A stretch of DNA of 43,959 bases, taken from assembly GCF_001194135.2 (NCBI RefSeq), contig NC_068985.1, forward strand, positions 23,094,969-23,138,927, in the 5' to 3' direction. This document shows, in pieces, positions 1-12,769 of the stretch. Every line of letters starts with the position of its first letter. Positions within the stretch are counted from its first letter, which is position 1. The notes below the pieces were generated by a model that was given only the letters and a program-made list of their open reading frames with translations, was not told the DNA's origin and ran no database searches. The position numbers and the translations under genes are program-made. Source of the stretch: Octopus bimaculoides. Its lineage: Eukaryota.

Positions 1-142
1 TGGCGTTAGGAAGGGCATCCAGCTGTAGAAACTCTGCCAAATCAGACTGGAGCCTGGTGTTGCCATCCGGTTTCACCAGTCCTCAGTCAAATCGTCCAAC
101 CCATGCTAGCATGGAAAGCGGACGTTAAACGATAATGATGAT
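1..142 (+). mobile_element. 3' end of RTE-clade LINE (window starts inside it)
   Basis: 1-133 is the exact reverse complement of 20674-20806, the 3' UTR of the RTE copy with recognisable ORF2 at 21477-21800. It ends in a (GAT)n-like tail. Confidence 0.85.
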
Positions 143-239
143 ATATAAGAAATAATTAAGATTCATTTGAATTAGGTACTTAAGTTGAAGCACCAAGTCA
201 GTCCAGTATTATCAGCACAGCTCAAAGTAAGGTGAATAA

Positions 240-930
240 AATCAAAATAAGCAACAGGATATCAAGAAGTGATGCAGTACATCCGTTTCAAGCAGCTCCA
301 TTTAATTGAACAATGCAATCATTACATCAATTTAAATGCAGGGCTATCCTCAGCTGCACAAATAAATAAATAGAATTTTAATCACCTGAACACATTAATA
401 TAATTATACTCAAACAATCACCCATTGTACCCCATGATAAAATTTCCTCTGTATTAACATCATAAGTTTTATTAGCATCTTGCCCCTTTAACTGGTGATT
501 AATATCTTGATTTGAGGTCTTCACCTATCCAGTCTCCTTTATAGACAGTTACTTTATACTACTCTTAAAATCTTGACAATATATATGACCATACCTAGCT
601 ATGAACTGTCAACTCACTCCTGCCCTCCATTCTAAACATAAAAAGACAAATTAAAAATGAACCACCATCCTTTACAAGCTAAGACCCCAATAAACTTATA
701 TTCTGAGCTACAATAGCGACAACATGGATTTCTTCTATCTTCTTGCTCTATTAGTGTATTTGAGCATAATTATATTAATGTGTCCAACTGATTAAAATTC
801 TATTTATTTATTTGTGCAGCTGAGGATAACCCAGCATTTATATTGATGCAATGATTGCATTGTCCAATTAAACAGAGCCACTTAAAATGGTTGTACTGCA
901 TCACTTCTTGATATCTTGTTGCTTATTTTG

Positions 931-933
<3 letters not shown>
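240..933. repeat. Inverted repeat / foldback (MITE-like), ~175 bp arms
   Basis: 240-413 aligns to the reverse complement of 759-933 with scattered mismatches (e.g. ATCAAAATAAGCAACAGGATATCAAGAAGTGATGCAGTAC vs ATCAAAATAAGCAACAAGATATCAAGAAGTGATGCAGTAC). Spacer ~345 bp. Confidence 0.85.

Positions 934-968
<35 letters not shown>
933..968. repeat. (TA)n microsatellite
   Basis: Directly visible. Confidence 0.95.
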
Positions 969-972
<4 letters not shown>

Positions 973-3900
973 TATTTTTCAAACACTGGAAAGTTCCAAA
1001 AATATTCTATATATTTTTACTTTTTGAGCAAGCCAAATTATATAACAAAGCTATCAGAAATTTTGTTGTAGATCTATCATTGTGCTAGAGATTTTTCAGT
1101 TATTTTTACAAATACTTTTGGCAAACCTTTTACTCATCAGACACCATTATTTCAAAACACTTGAAATATTTGATATCTTCTGGACAATGAATAAGACTTT
1201 TAAAACCGTTGTCTCACCATTGAGCTGTACACCTTTGCAGCAATACCCATTCTATTAAATTTGTTGACAATTCATCTACCACTTGTATCTACTTTCTCTT
1301 TTCTTTCTTCCATTACTCTGCTGAGTTACACTCAACAGATCCTGGACTAAACACTTTTCTCAGTCTTTATTCTCCAAAGCAGTTCCTATCAAAAAAGTTT
1401 CTTCCCGATCAATGTTTGTCCACTAACCTGTAATAATTTAAGTTGAACATCATTAGCACTAACTTCACTCCACTTTACCTACAGTACTATTTTAGCTGTG
1501 CTACAGAAGTATTTTCATATCTGCTAAGGCTCTAGGATGACTAACAAAGAAAAAAAATTCCAGGCAGTTCATTAATATGTTTATGATCCATATTGTTGAA
1601 TATTTGATTTAAGAAACAAAAATTTTTTCACCCAGTCAAGTTATCTCAATTCTTTTCATTAAAATATTGATTGAGACCAGGTATAATGTTACTTAAATAT
1701 TATAATGGAAATGAAATAAAATGCAGTGAAAAATATGTAATGAAAAGATTAAAGCATAATAATTTAATTTTAATTAATTCTTAAGTAAGCAGAACAATTG
1801 AAAATAACAACATATTTAAAATAACATGTAAAAACCCCAAATTCATATTTGTAATTTTTTTTTATTTTTAATCGTTTTTCTTTGAACAATTGTTAAAAGT
1901 AAAAGGAACATTTCCACTTGAAAGCGAAAGGTTTATATATATATCTTTATAACATACAACTAACATTTTAACACATTAACAACTTTCATAAAAATTGAAG
2001 TACAGAAAAATAAAATTAATAAAAAAAAGAAACGGGAGAAATTTGAGAGAAAATAGTGACAAGGGTCAGGGAAAGTAAAGCAATTTGAAGAAAGAGAAAT
2101 GGAAATTTTGATAAACAAAACAAATAAATAGTATTTTAGAATTTGTTCATATCACATCTACTATAAAGATAGAAGTTACTGAATACAGAATGAGAGGAAA
2201 CAAAAGAAAGATAATTAAGATGTGAGAGCAGAAAGAAGAAAAATGAGAAAAGAGGTAGGGATAAGAAAGAGAGAGAAAAACAACAAATTGTTTATATGGG
2301 AGCTGAAATAAATGAATCCATTGGATAGAAGTTACAGAAGACAGAATTAGTTTGAAACGTTTTTTTTTTTTTTAACACCCTACATAATAATTTAATAAAA
2401 TTCCTTTTCTTCTTTTCCTTCTTCCACAAAACGATATAATGTCAAAGCAAGAAGTTGTTCTGATGCCAGATTGATTAACATTGTCAAAATCACAGTTGTG
2501 GTGCCAAGCCTGTAGCTTTGCCATAGCTGATCCAGTTAATAAGATACAATCAGAAAAATTTAGATGGAAGAAAATCAGTTTTTACAGAGTCCTGAAAGAA
2601 CATAAAAGAAAATTGGCTTGTCCATGTTCCTTAGTTATAATCTGTGAATTCTTGAATATCTGATCACCTTTAACTGTTTTTAGCGGTTATATTCTCTTGC
2701 TGCTCTTTATGTGATGAGAACTGGCTGGAATGTGTGTTATTGCTTTCAAGTGTTAACTATGATGGTGGTGGTGGTAGTGATAATGATGAGGATGAAAATA
2801 ACAATGATATTAGTGGCTCTCGTTGCTGAAGTGGTCGTGAGAATAGTATTAGTTATAATTAATCAGAGTCAATCCTGAAATGAAAACAACAGCACACAGT
2901 TTAACCAAAGTAGAAAAATAAGACTGGGTAATAAATTAGGAGGAAGATATTAACAGAAAGAAATATAAATGTAGGGAACACAGAATATTATTTGTACAAA
3001 ACATGCCACTGTACAGGCATCAGCAGAACACACAAGCAAGCAACATAAAATTTGTATGTGAGGACTATTTGTATGTGTGGGGGAGGCTAATACTAAAGCT
3101 TATGAAAGTTGATTAGCTGCTAAACTAAGATAGCATGTCACTAAATTTAAGAGAGTTTGTTATATTCTTAATGATGTTACCCTTCAACAATAAATCTATC
3201 ATCCAGCATGGAAGATTCCTAAATAATTGCAATTTTTTTTGAAATTCCTGCTTAAATTTTAGATGAACCATCCCACAAAATACACTATTAAAAGATATTA
3301 TTTATTGAAACTTAATCCTTTAGTTAGGTCACTACTTATGGTATTGGTTATTTTCAAACATCAAATCACCAATAGGATGTCTTGATAGATATTATTCTTA
3401 AGTGAGGCAGATTAAGACAAGCTGGTACTTTATTAGAACACAAAACAATTCTTGTAACATTTTCAAACCATAATCAATAGTCCAATTATCAAATGTTCTA
3501 ATCATTCAACAAAGTAATAAGTAAGGTCCAAAGAAACTAGTAATTGTACAGATTTTGTAACCTGTACAATACTGTGCAGGTTACAAAGCATAAACTACCT
3601 ATCACGAAGTAGGTTATATGATATCCCATGGAATTGGAGATCTTTCTATATAAAAACAATTACTGCAGCCAAAATAAATTAATCAATAAAAAAAAAATGA
3701 AAAACTAAAATCTTACTATCTATGCTAACATAAATAATTATGAAAAAAAAAAACGTTTTTTAATAGGTAGAATTTAACAAATGTTTATATAAATATTATT
3801 ATAGAACTAGATAAAGAGTGAACCTATGACATGCATATCAGCAGAGACATGCAGCAGGTTTTTAGATAACTAGTTTCCTTAATAATATATGTTATAAAAA

Positions 3901-4174
3901 GTTCACTAAATTATACAAAGAATTTTAAAAATTTTAAATAGCAGTCCTTAAAAAAAAATTCACATTAGATGGGGTGTGGGTAGATATCTAATGACACTAT
4001 TCTTAAATTAGAACCCATAAATTGAAAAGTTGCAACTCATCGTAGGCTGCTAACACAATATGACAAGCATATGACTTTAGCTCTTCTTTTCCTTCAAATC
4101 TTTCATTCTTATTTTCTAAATCTAATCATTATGACATGAACAATTAATAAAATAAATACTAAAAAAATTAAATT

Positions 4175-5760
4175 ATCACAAAAGTGAAGTGGACGAAATT
4201 TTCAGATTAGTGGGCAGAACAAATTATGAGTTAGATAAGATTGATAAACTTCTTTGTATATTGTGTGATGAGGCAGCTGTGAGTAGAACTAGGAATGTAA
4301 AAAGCATTTTCACACCCAACACCAGTTACTCTTAAAAAAAAAACTATTGAAGACCACAAAGCACATATATCCCGACAGCTAAAGTGGAAACAACAGAATT
4401 TATTTAAGTTCTCAACAAGAATTTATCATTTACAAGCTGCAAGTTTTAGTATTTCATATATTATTGTTGATAATGGAAAATCACTAAGTGATGGTGGCAA
4501 TTTTTAATGAGGCTTCTGTTAAAAATGCCCCATTTTTATCTAATGGCTTTCATAATAAGAACACCATTATAAGTATGTGAGTTAGAAATGATGTTAAAAA
4601 CAAAGTTAAGAAAACAAGTGTTAACATAGAAAATAAAGTTCAAAAACAATTAAATACCTACAGTTATTTTCTATTTGTCTTGATGAGACCACTGACATTA
4701 TGTCATCAACTTGACTTGCTATTATTGTACAATATTTTCTCCTATTCATTAAGACTTGATTAAGTTATAGTTTGCATCAGGAAAATGCACAAGTGATGGT
4801 GTTGTTAATATGTTTCATGAAAAACAAATAGCTTTGGTTACATCTGATGATATCCCTAATACAGTAGGTTGAAAACTGGTATTGTAGGGCAATTTACAAA
4901 GTTTGTTGGTCATTTCCTTATTTATTTTCAGTGTATTATACATCTGGAAGCATTGTGTGCAGGAAGTAAGCTTTAAAGATTTTCGTAATGTGATTGATGA
5001 GGTGTGACAAAAATAGCCAATTTGACAACAACCAGGATTTTAAATAAACAAGAATATAATTTACCTTTAAATGAAGTTGATTCAGTTTAATAATGTGCAA
5101 TAATGTATGATAGTTCAGGCATAATCAAATACTTAAATGATTTGTTGAATGTTTAAGTAAAATAAGACTATTGTTATTTAAAACAAAAACATGGAGCATG
5201 ATTTTCCTCAGTTAAATGATTTTGCTTGACTCAGTAAACTTAGTTTTTTCATGGATTTATTTATTGCATTTGAATGAATTTAAAATTAAACTTCCAAGTT
5301 TTAGGAAATCAGTTGATGTGCTGTTTGGCTTGATTAAGAGTTTTGAGAGAAAACTCAACATATTACAACATGAATCAGATAATAAAAGTTTTAAGTTCTT
5401 TGCAAGGGCAAAGAAAGTTTTTGAAGAAACTAGTTATAAAAATTTTGAACAATATGCAAAACAGTTTAAAGAAGTTCAAAAGGTTGTGACTGAACAGATC
5501 TCTTCTAGATTTGTGCAGCTCAGAGAATTAGGAAAAATAAAATATTTATAAAATATTTTGATGCCACAGATTTCATGGATCTGAAGTTAGCTCTATTTGA
5601 CTTGGACGTTTTCATTCTGTATAAAAACAACTACTCAAAAATAAAATTTTTGTGTATTAACATAAAATCAACAACTGGGAAATAAAACTTCTAACAGGCA
5701 GACTTTAACTTATAAATATTTATCAAAAGTTTGCCATCACTAAACAAGTGTATATTTTGA
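4175..5760 (+). pseudogene. Decayed hAT-superfamily transposase (GTF2IRD2/EPM2AIP1/SPIN-Charlie-like)
   Basis: Frameshifted pieces lie in hAT order: LLCILCDEAAVSRTRNVKS (zinc-finger-like N-terminus), AASFSISYIIVDNGKSLSDG, ICLDETTDI (first catalytic D), TSDDIPNTVG...FVGHFLIYFQCIIHLEALCA (CxxH motif), and ORF 5216-5551 (KSVDVLFGLIKSFERKL...EQISSRFVQLREL). Many stops. Confidence 0.85.
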
Positions 5761-5761
5761 A

Positions 5762-5770
5762 AACACACAC

Positions 5771-5811
<41 letters not shown>

Positions 5812-5955
5812 TATACACATACGTATATATATATATATGCACATACACACATATATATATATACGCATATATACACACGCACACACATATATATATATGT
5901 ATATAAAGTGAGAGGGGGAGGAAGAGATAGAGGAGAGGAGAGAGAGAGAGAGAAA
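5762..5955. repeat. Compound (CA)/(TA)/(GA) microsatellite
   Basis: Directly visible; accounts for the low-complexity parts of ORFs 5691-5963 and 5791-6207. Confidence 0.9.
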
Positions 5956-6461
5956 GAGACCATTGCTACTATTGTTTTTCTCTCAGAAAGTCAAAATTTC
6001 AGTTCACAGTTAGGAAAGACAAAACATCCCAGTTTTCTATTTCTCTCTTCTCCCAAAATCTCTGATTCATTTTTAACAAATTTAAACTTATTTCTCCCAA
6101 ATGCATTTGCCAAAATCAAAATATTTGCAGAGTTTGAGTTACATACAGCCATGTTTGAAACAATATGTTATCTGCTAGTGTTCTTTATATACATTACCAT
6201 GGCATAGAATTGAAACAACATATTTGCATACTTGCAAATGGGTATGACTATAAACTGCACCTCTTGGCCAGTATTGTTTTCAGGCCAGCTCTGACTCAGA
6301 GTAACAGCACCTGTTGAGATCCCAGCCGTATATATTTATGTATAACTGGGATCCCAGCACATACTACATATATACATATATGCAAGTTTAAAATGATTAA
6401 CAATATAATTAATAATGCAGTTGAGGAAGTATAGATGTGAAGATAACCTGAAACTTTTCTT

Positions 6462-6494
<33 letters not shown>

Positions 6495-6824
6495 TACACA
6501 TGCCGAGTTCAATAAATACCCCTGAAGACTTTGTTTATATACTACATATATCAGGGGCATGTCAGCTGCATAGAATTGATCATTCACCAAACTATGTCCA
6601 GGGAAAGATTTGAATTGGACATTGCACGCTCACAAAACAGTCATTATTTTTCACCTGTGGTTAACACTCATAGCAATAAGTTCCTGTTTTGTGGCAACTA
6701 GCAAAAGCTTGGAGAACTGGGCCAATTGAATGTTAAGGACCTTGGCTGTAGAAACTGCACAATGCTAGTAACAGTATATGAATACCAACAGCATATAACT
6801 CCATAGTCATGTACAAATGCATGT

Positions 6825-6825
<1 letters not shown>

Positions 6826-6887
<62 letters not shown>
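6826..6887. repeat. (CA)n microsatellite
   Basis: Directly visible. Confidence 0.95.
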
Positions 6888-6888
<1 letters not shown>

Positions 6889-7389
6889 CTATCTTCTATA
6901 TTTTGAAATAGATTATAAATATAATATGTATGCATATATGTTATTAATCCCTTAATTACTCATTTACTAATTTATTTGAACAAAATTTAACCTTTAAATT
7001 TTCCACATTAGAGATCTAAAATTAAAATATTACTTTATTGAAGACCGTTGAGTGCAATCACTTAATTTTCTCATACAAGCAGTAACTTTTAGTTTTTCGC
7101 TAATAATTTCTTCTGATACAGATCCTGGTATGTTGCCAAATACAGAGGAATGAAATAAACAAGGGTGGTAGAGATGTGCAATTAATTATTTTTATGAGAT
7201 ATAAATAAAAGATATTTTCGATTCAAGCCCCTCTTCATGCCAAATATTATAGATTTGTGATGTTTAATCAGTATTATTAAATGATAGCTTCGATTAGGAG
7301 GATATTATCTCTATGAAGAAAAATGGCAATGCATAATGAGTTTGATTCTATGTAATGTTAAAATATTTCCTTGTTTCCATTTCCATATA

Positions 7390-7752
7390 GGTGCAGGTGT
7401 GGCTGTGTGGTTAAAAAGTTTGCTTCCCAACCATATGGTTTTAGGTTCAGTCCTATTGTATGGCACTTTGGACAAGTATCTTCTACTATAGTCCCAAGCC
7501 AACCACAGCTTTGTACACGGATTTGATAGATGGAAACTGTGAAGAAGCCTGTTGCATGTGTGTGTGTGTGTGTGTTTGTGTCTCCTTGTCTTGACGTTGC
7601 TTAATGCCTGGCCATGGGGAAATATTAGCTTGCTTGGAAACATGTGAGGGTTAGTGGCAGGAAGGGTATCTAGCTGTAGAAAATCTACCTCAAAAAACTC
7701 CATCTGGCCCAAGCAAGTATGGAAAAGAAGGCATTAAAATGATGGCGATGAT
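7390..7752 (+). mobile_element. tRNA-derived SINE, family A with RTE-like tail (A2)
   Basis: Head GGTGCAGGTGTGGCTGTGTGGTT (A-box-like) and GGTTCAGTCC (B-box-like), internal (GT)n, and tail CAGGAAGGGTATCTAGCTGTAGAAAATCT...GCAAGTATGGAAAAG...ATGATG resembling the RTE 3' end at 1-142. Confidence 0.8.
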
Positions 7753-8231
7753 TTAATAATCTAACTTTATGAATAGAGATGCATTTAGTTACACAATTAT
7801 TGCTGTTAACATATGCAACTACTGGGTTTTTTTAATGATTCTTCAGATAGTAAAGGTGAGGGGTGGAGATGAGCAATAAGTTTGTTGCCTACCAAGTTTA
7901 CAACCCATTTCTGTTTCCCAAATGAAGATTTACATCCCTTAAAAGCAAATACATAAAAATTATACAACCTCATTTTCCATCTACAGTGTCATACTTAATT
8001 TTATATACACACAGTTGGTAAACCTATTCTTGTGCTATTTATCCTGAAGTAACATTTCTTATGGATATGCTGAGTTAAAACACAATAAATAACAGAGAGA
8101 CATGAAAATTTGTCTTAACAGTGGCCAGAGAGAATGTGAGATGAATTTTAGCCTTTTCAGTGTTGTGTAGCCAGCCATATAAAGATAATTTCATATGTGA
8201 GTTTATTTATTAATAATATTTTAAAGAAAAT

Positions 8232-8443
8232 GGAAATCTTAAGCACAGAATAACAGTGAAAGTAGCTTAGAAGATTGAGCAAATACTCTTAGAAGACAGG
8301 AAAAAGTGGCCAGCAAGCCACTACAGAAAATTGAACCCTGTACCTCTCAAATTCCAGCTTTCTAATCACTTTTTTCCATCTTCTAAGAGTATTTATCTGA
8401 TCTTCTAAGCTGTTTTCACAGCTATTCCGCATTTGAGATTTCC
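8232..8443. repeat. Short foldback / MITE-like hairpin
   Basis: 8232-8318 pairs with the reverse complement of 8357-8443 (shared cores GCTTAGAAGAT, AAATACTCTTAGAAGA, GGAAATCT). Confidence 0.8.
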
Positions 8444-8749
8444 TTTATTTTCTGTAATATACCAACTCATTCAGCACTTCAAAGTTTGTTTTTTTACAAA
8501 AATACCTTAAAATTTCACTTGAAAAATAATATGTTTAAACATTGTAGATATGTGATCAGTTTTATCTTAATTTGTGGAAAGCGACTTGTGTTAAAACACA
8601 TTTAAGAACAAATCACTTTGTTTCAGTTTGTTGGTAATTAACATATTTAATCTCTAACTGGTAATTTATTGGTTACTAATATATTTACATTTAATTTTCA
8701 TTTCCTATGCAATTGAATGAACAGTCTAATATATTTGGCAAATGCCCAT

Positions 8750-8900
8750 AATGCAATTTACAGATAAGGTCAGAATAATACAGAAATATGTGAGGAGTTG
8801 TCTCTTGTACACACACTATAAAAATGAAAATAAAATTAGTCATTGACTAAACAATTTATTTTTCTCACTGCATATTTATTTCTAGTAGGATTTTTTAATG
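8750..8900 (-). repeat. Unclassified dispersed repeat, copy 1 (homologous to 26798-26942)
   Basis: Shares CTAGAAATAA, ATGACTAATwTTATTTT, GAGACAA and GTATTATTCTGACCT with 26798-26942, collinear. Confidence 0.65.
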
Positions 8901-9800
8901 TTCTATCTATTAAAAATGTTAACATTGAGTTAGAGTTAAAATTTCTAACACATGAAGTATGTTTAACATATATTTCTGCTACTATTTATACTTTTTATAA
9001 TGTGTTATCATTTATGATAATGTTAATATTTATAATGATATTATTTATTTTGCCTCTGTTGAAAGACTGAGGATGGCAGAACCAATAAAACACTGGACAA
9101 AATTCCTTGCATTATTTAACATCCTTTCATGTTCCATATTCAAATCCTGCTGTGAGTGAATCTACTTTTTAACTTAATCAATACAGAATCACTTTTAGCA
9201 ATTGGTTCTTCTTTGTTGTATCTTTCTTATATGAAATGGTGGTGTATTGCACAAGTTTTAGAGAAAATAGCTTTTCTAAATTCTCCAACATCATATAAAA
9301 TAGTAAAAATTTCAACAATACACTTTCAGGAGTTCTTACACAGTCATAACATTCATACTTATTGACAGATATATATATATATATACATACAACTCTACAA
9401 TCAAAAAATATATATCTATATGAGAACTATTAACACACTGACTAAAGTTGATAAATTGATTATCTGCTATGAACTGTCAACTAATGTATGGTAATTCTAA
9501 TGACTGTGCTCAGAACACCAACAGAAAATATGACTACGGGCAATTTGCTGACCAATATGATAGAGTACATACGTTGAAAGCTACATAGATCCATTCATGT
9601 GAAAGTTATTTTTAGTTAACTTTGAGTGGATAATTGACTAGGAATATGAAACTCAAGGATGAAAATTACATTTGACATTCATGAGTCAATTTTTGTGAGA
9701 GTAAAAGCTAAAGTAGAGAAATAAACAGTGGTGGTGGCAAGGATATTGTCACACTGATGATGGAAGTGCTGCCCAAAAGGTGTTCAGAGGATGACACATT

Positions 9801-10219
9801 CTCTTATTCTTTTACTTGTTTCAGTCATAAAACGGTGGCCATGCTGGGGTACTGCCTTGAAGAATCGAAGAATTCTAGTTGAAGGAATCTTCCCCATACT
9901 TTTTTTTTTTTAAGTCTGGTACTTGTTTTATCATCTTTTTGGCTGAACTGCAAAGTTATGAGGAACATAAACACACTGACACTGATTGTCAAGTGGTGTG
10001 TGTGTGTGTGTGCATGTGTGTGTGTGTGGGGGAACAAACACAGACACAAAGACATGTGAGCATGCACATACACACACATATATGGTGGGATTCTTTTAGT
10101 TTCCATCTATAAAATCGACTCACCAGAGGCTATAATAAAAGATACTTGCCCAGTGTGCCACACAATGGGACAGAACCTGAAACCATGTGGCTGGGAAGCA
10201 AACCTCTTACCACACAACC
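9801..10219 (-). mobile_element. tRNA-derived SINE, family A with alternative tail (A1)
   Basis: Reverse complement has the same head as 7390 (GGTTGTGTGGTAAGAGGTTTGCTTCCCAGCCACATGGTTTCAGGTTCTGTCCC), internal (CA/GT)n, and tail ending ...GACTGAAACAAGTAAAAGAATAAGAG. Confidence 0.8.
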
Positions 10220-11229
10220 TCTATTTTCTTCTTAAATATAAGAATATTAATACAAGTACTTCTATATCACAATTATTGTAACCTTCAACTCTTAATAAAA
10301 AAGAAAATTCCAGAAAAACTATAAATGTCGTTTTTAAAAAATCCTTTATGAGAAAATATTATCAGTTTTATTACACACTCCTCATGCTGAGGACACATGC
10401 ATGAAGCACACTGAACAGAATACTCTACAATACCTAGATTAGCACCTAACTGTTATGAGTTGAAATTCCACTTAAGTTCATTTTGATTTTTTTTCCTTCA
10501 AAGATTTTAAACTAAGCTTAATAAAATATATTATCAATATCTATTTTGGTTATTTTTCAGCCAAAATAAATCGTTATTAGTTCCTATTTTTACATACAAG
10601 ATGTGAAAGATAGATCAAGATTTGTATTTCTTATGTTCCAAATAATAAAAAAAATGTATAATATCTTTTGGAAAATATGCATACAAATATTCAAGATTAA
10701 TGACTACTGCACTATTGTTATTCTCAAGAACTTGTCTCTGTATATACACATTAGTAATATACACATTGGTAACCAGCCAAGATCTTTTTCAGAAGCAACA
10801 GTGGATCATAGCTATCCTAATTCCAGAATGCACCATGGCAAAAAAAGAAGTAATGAAATGGATACAAACTATCTTGTCTGCTTATTAATAAAAGGAGTTA
10901 GGGAGGTGACCATGCAAAAAGATTTACATATATTTTGGATGGGGTGTTGATATGCGTCAGTTTGAGAACCACTATTATGGTGGATTTATTTTGTTTCTAT
11001 TCTTTACTGGTCCTTTTGTGGCACAAAGCAAAGCAGACCTTGCCGTCCACTCAAGAAAACACATAGTAAATGATCCACAAGCACTCAGGCAAACTGAGTC
11101 TTTGAACTTGTTCCATTTGCCAAAAAGGCTTGCAAAGCACCAGCAGGCCTCAAGAGAGACATTCATGTCCATAGAATATGATTACCACTTTATTTTACTG
11201 AACCCTCATTTGTTGTTCACAATGAGAGA

Positions 11230-11450
11230 ATCCCCCCACACACACACACACACATAGCAATGAAGCTACATGTGTGTTGATGGCGATTTCTTTTCCTTCT
11301 TTGAACTTTTCCTTTTCACCTTTCTGACGAAGAGCTATGCTCAAAACATCAAATTCTCTCCCTTCAACAAGCATCAAGCTAATACATTTCTTATGCATGT
11401 CCTTGTTGTCTGTTCTTATTCGTTTATTTGAATTGATTATATAACTATAT
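11230..11450 (+). mobile_element. Probable Penelope-like element pLTR remnant with decayed hammerhead motif
   Basis: CTGACGA-A-GAGC-TAT-GCTC-[A]AAA-C[A]TC at 11324-11350; two G>A changes at CpG positions would restore GAAACGTC. Boundaries are approximate and no GIY-YIG ORF was recognised. Confidence 0.4.
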
Positions 11451-12379
11451 ATACATTAGTTAAATTTGAACTAAGAAATGTTCTGTTTACAATGTTAACA
11501 TTTCAATTTGTACAGCAAATGAATTAACTAAATTGTTGTTTTAATAAATTCATTTGCTTTACACACTGGAATAATATTGTAAATTATAACAAAAGTTCGC
11601 TCATTCATTTACATAAATAACTTATTGTAATATTAACTAAAACGATTTTATAAATAAAGGGACATAACTCGCACATTGAATACAAAATAACAGTTCAGGG
11701 AACATCAAAGCTGAGTGATACTCTATGCTAGTTCAATGACCATATAGTTGCTCATGTTACCACTGTCTACATTCTATTGAAGTTGTCTCTCTTGCCTTTT
11801 ATGATCAGAATTGATCAGTTAAGTATAGTGACAACTCAGCAGTAGTAGGTTATTTTTAGAGGAACAAATAGAATATAAGAGAATGAGATATATATCTTCC
11901 AAAGGTATTACATGACTGAGATGATGTGCTGAAACAAGAGATGCAGCACGAAGTTTTGTCAATGAACAGGTGACGGTTTCAAAACGACGAAAATATTTTG
12001 ATACAAATTAAATTTAAATGTTGAAGTGAATCTAAAGGCTTTTTGTGTTCTTACAATGGCTTACAAACATCTTCCATGCTGCAACATGAAGAATATGAAA
12101 TGGAATTGCTTCAGAATATGAAATGTGAGACTTTGATTCAAGAACAAACCACTGTACATACAGGGTTCAAAATGATTAAACATTATAGGTGCAAGGAGAA
12201 GCAGAAGAAAGCCTAGAATAAATTAATAGATTAATAAATTAATCAAGTTCTTTGGCCAGAATTTAGGTTTGAAAATGGCCTAGATGAGTAAAGCAATATA
12301 GAAATTTTAATTTTATATAACTTAATTTTAAAAAACAATTATTTTCTAATGTATTGTTAGGATAAACATAAACTGTAGT

Positions 12380-12628
12380 ATTATTTACATTATTTTCAAT
12401 TGACGAATATTTGTCCTCATCTTGTTTGTTGTTAACACAACTTTTCGGCTGATATACCCTCCAAGCCTTCATCAGGTGTCTTGGAGAAATTTTGAACCTG
12501 GGTTCTCATTCCTAAGGTATTCTTCAATGTTGTTCTTATTAATATTATTATTCAGGTCACTGCCTGGAATCAAACTCAGAATCTTGAGGTTGGTAGCCTG
12601 CGCTCTTAACCACTATGCCATATGCCCA
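12380..12628 (-). mobile_element. tRNA-headed SINE-like element, left arm of head-to-head palindrome
   Basis: Reverse complement of the right arm. Head GGGCATATGGCATAGTGGTTAAG...GAGTTTGATTCC, short (AAT) tract, tail ending ...GAGGACAAATATTCGTCAATTG. Confidence 0.85.
12434..12480 (-). ncRNA. Minimal type I hammerhead-ribozyme-like motif (probably inactive)
   Basis: Minus strand reads GACAC-CTGATGA-A-GGCT(T)G-GAGGGTATAT-CAGCC-GAAA-AG-TT-GTGTT. Confidence 0.5.
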
Positions 12629-12717
12629 TGGGCATATGGCACAGTGGTTAAGAGCATGGGCTACTAACACCAAGATTACGAGTTTGATTCCAGGCAGTGA
12701 CCTGAATAATAATAATA

Positions 12718-12769
<52 letters not shown>

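Noticed and set aside
2550-2592. Minus-strand terminal exon candidate (strong acceptor, DSVKTDFLPSKFF*)
   Set aside because: Too short to evaluate, no recognisable homology, and I could not link it convincingly to the upstream candidates.
3557-3586. Small hairpin TGTAACCTGTACA...TGTGCAGGTTACA
   Set aside because: A 13 bp arm with a mismatch, no second copy or context; not distinguishable from background.
5216-5551. 111 aa ORF as a host gene
   Set aside because: It is an open stretch of the decayed hAT transposase; the flanking parts are full of stops and frameshifts.
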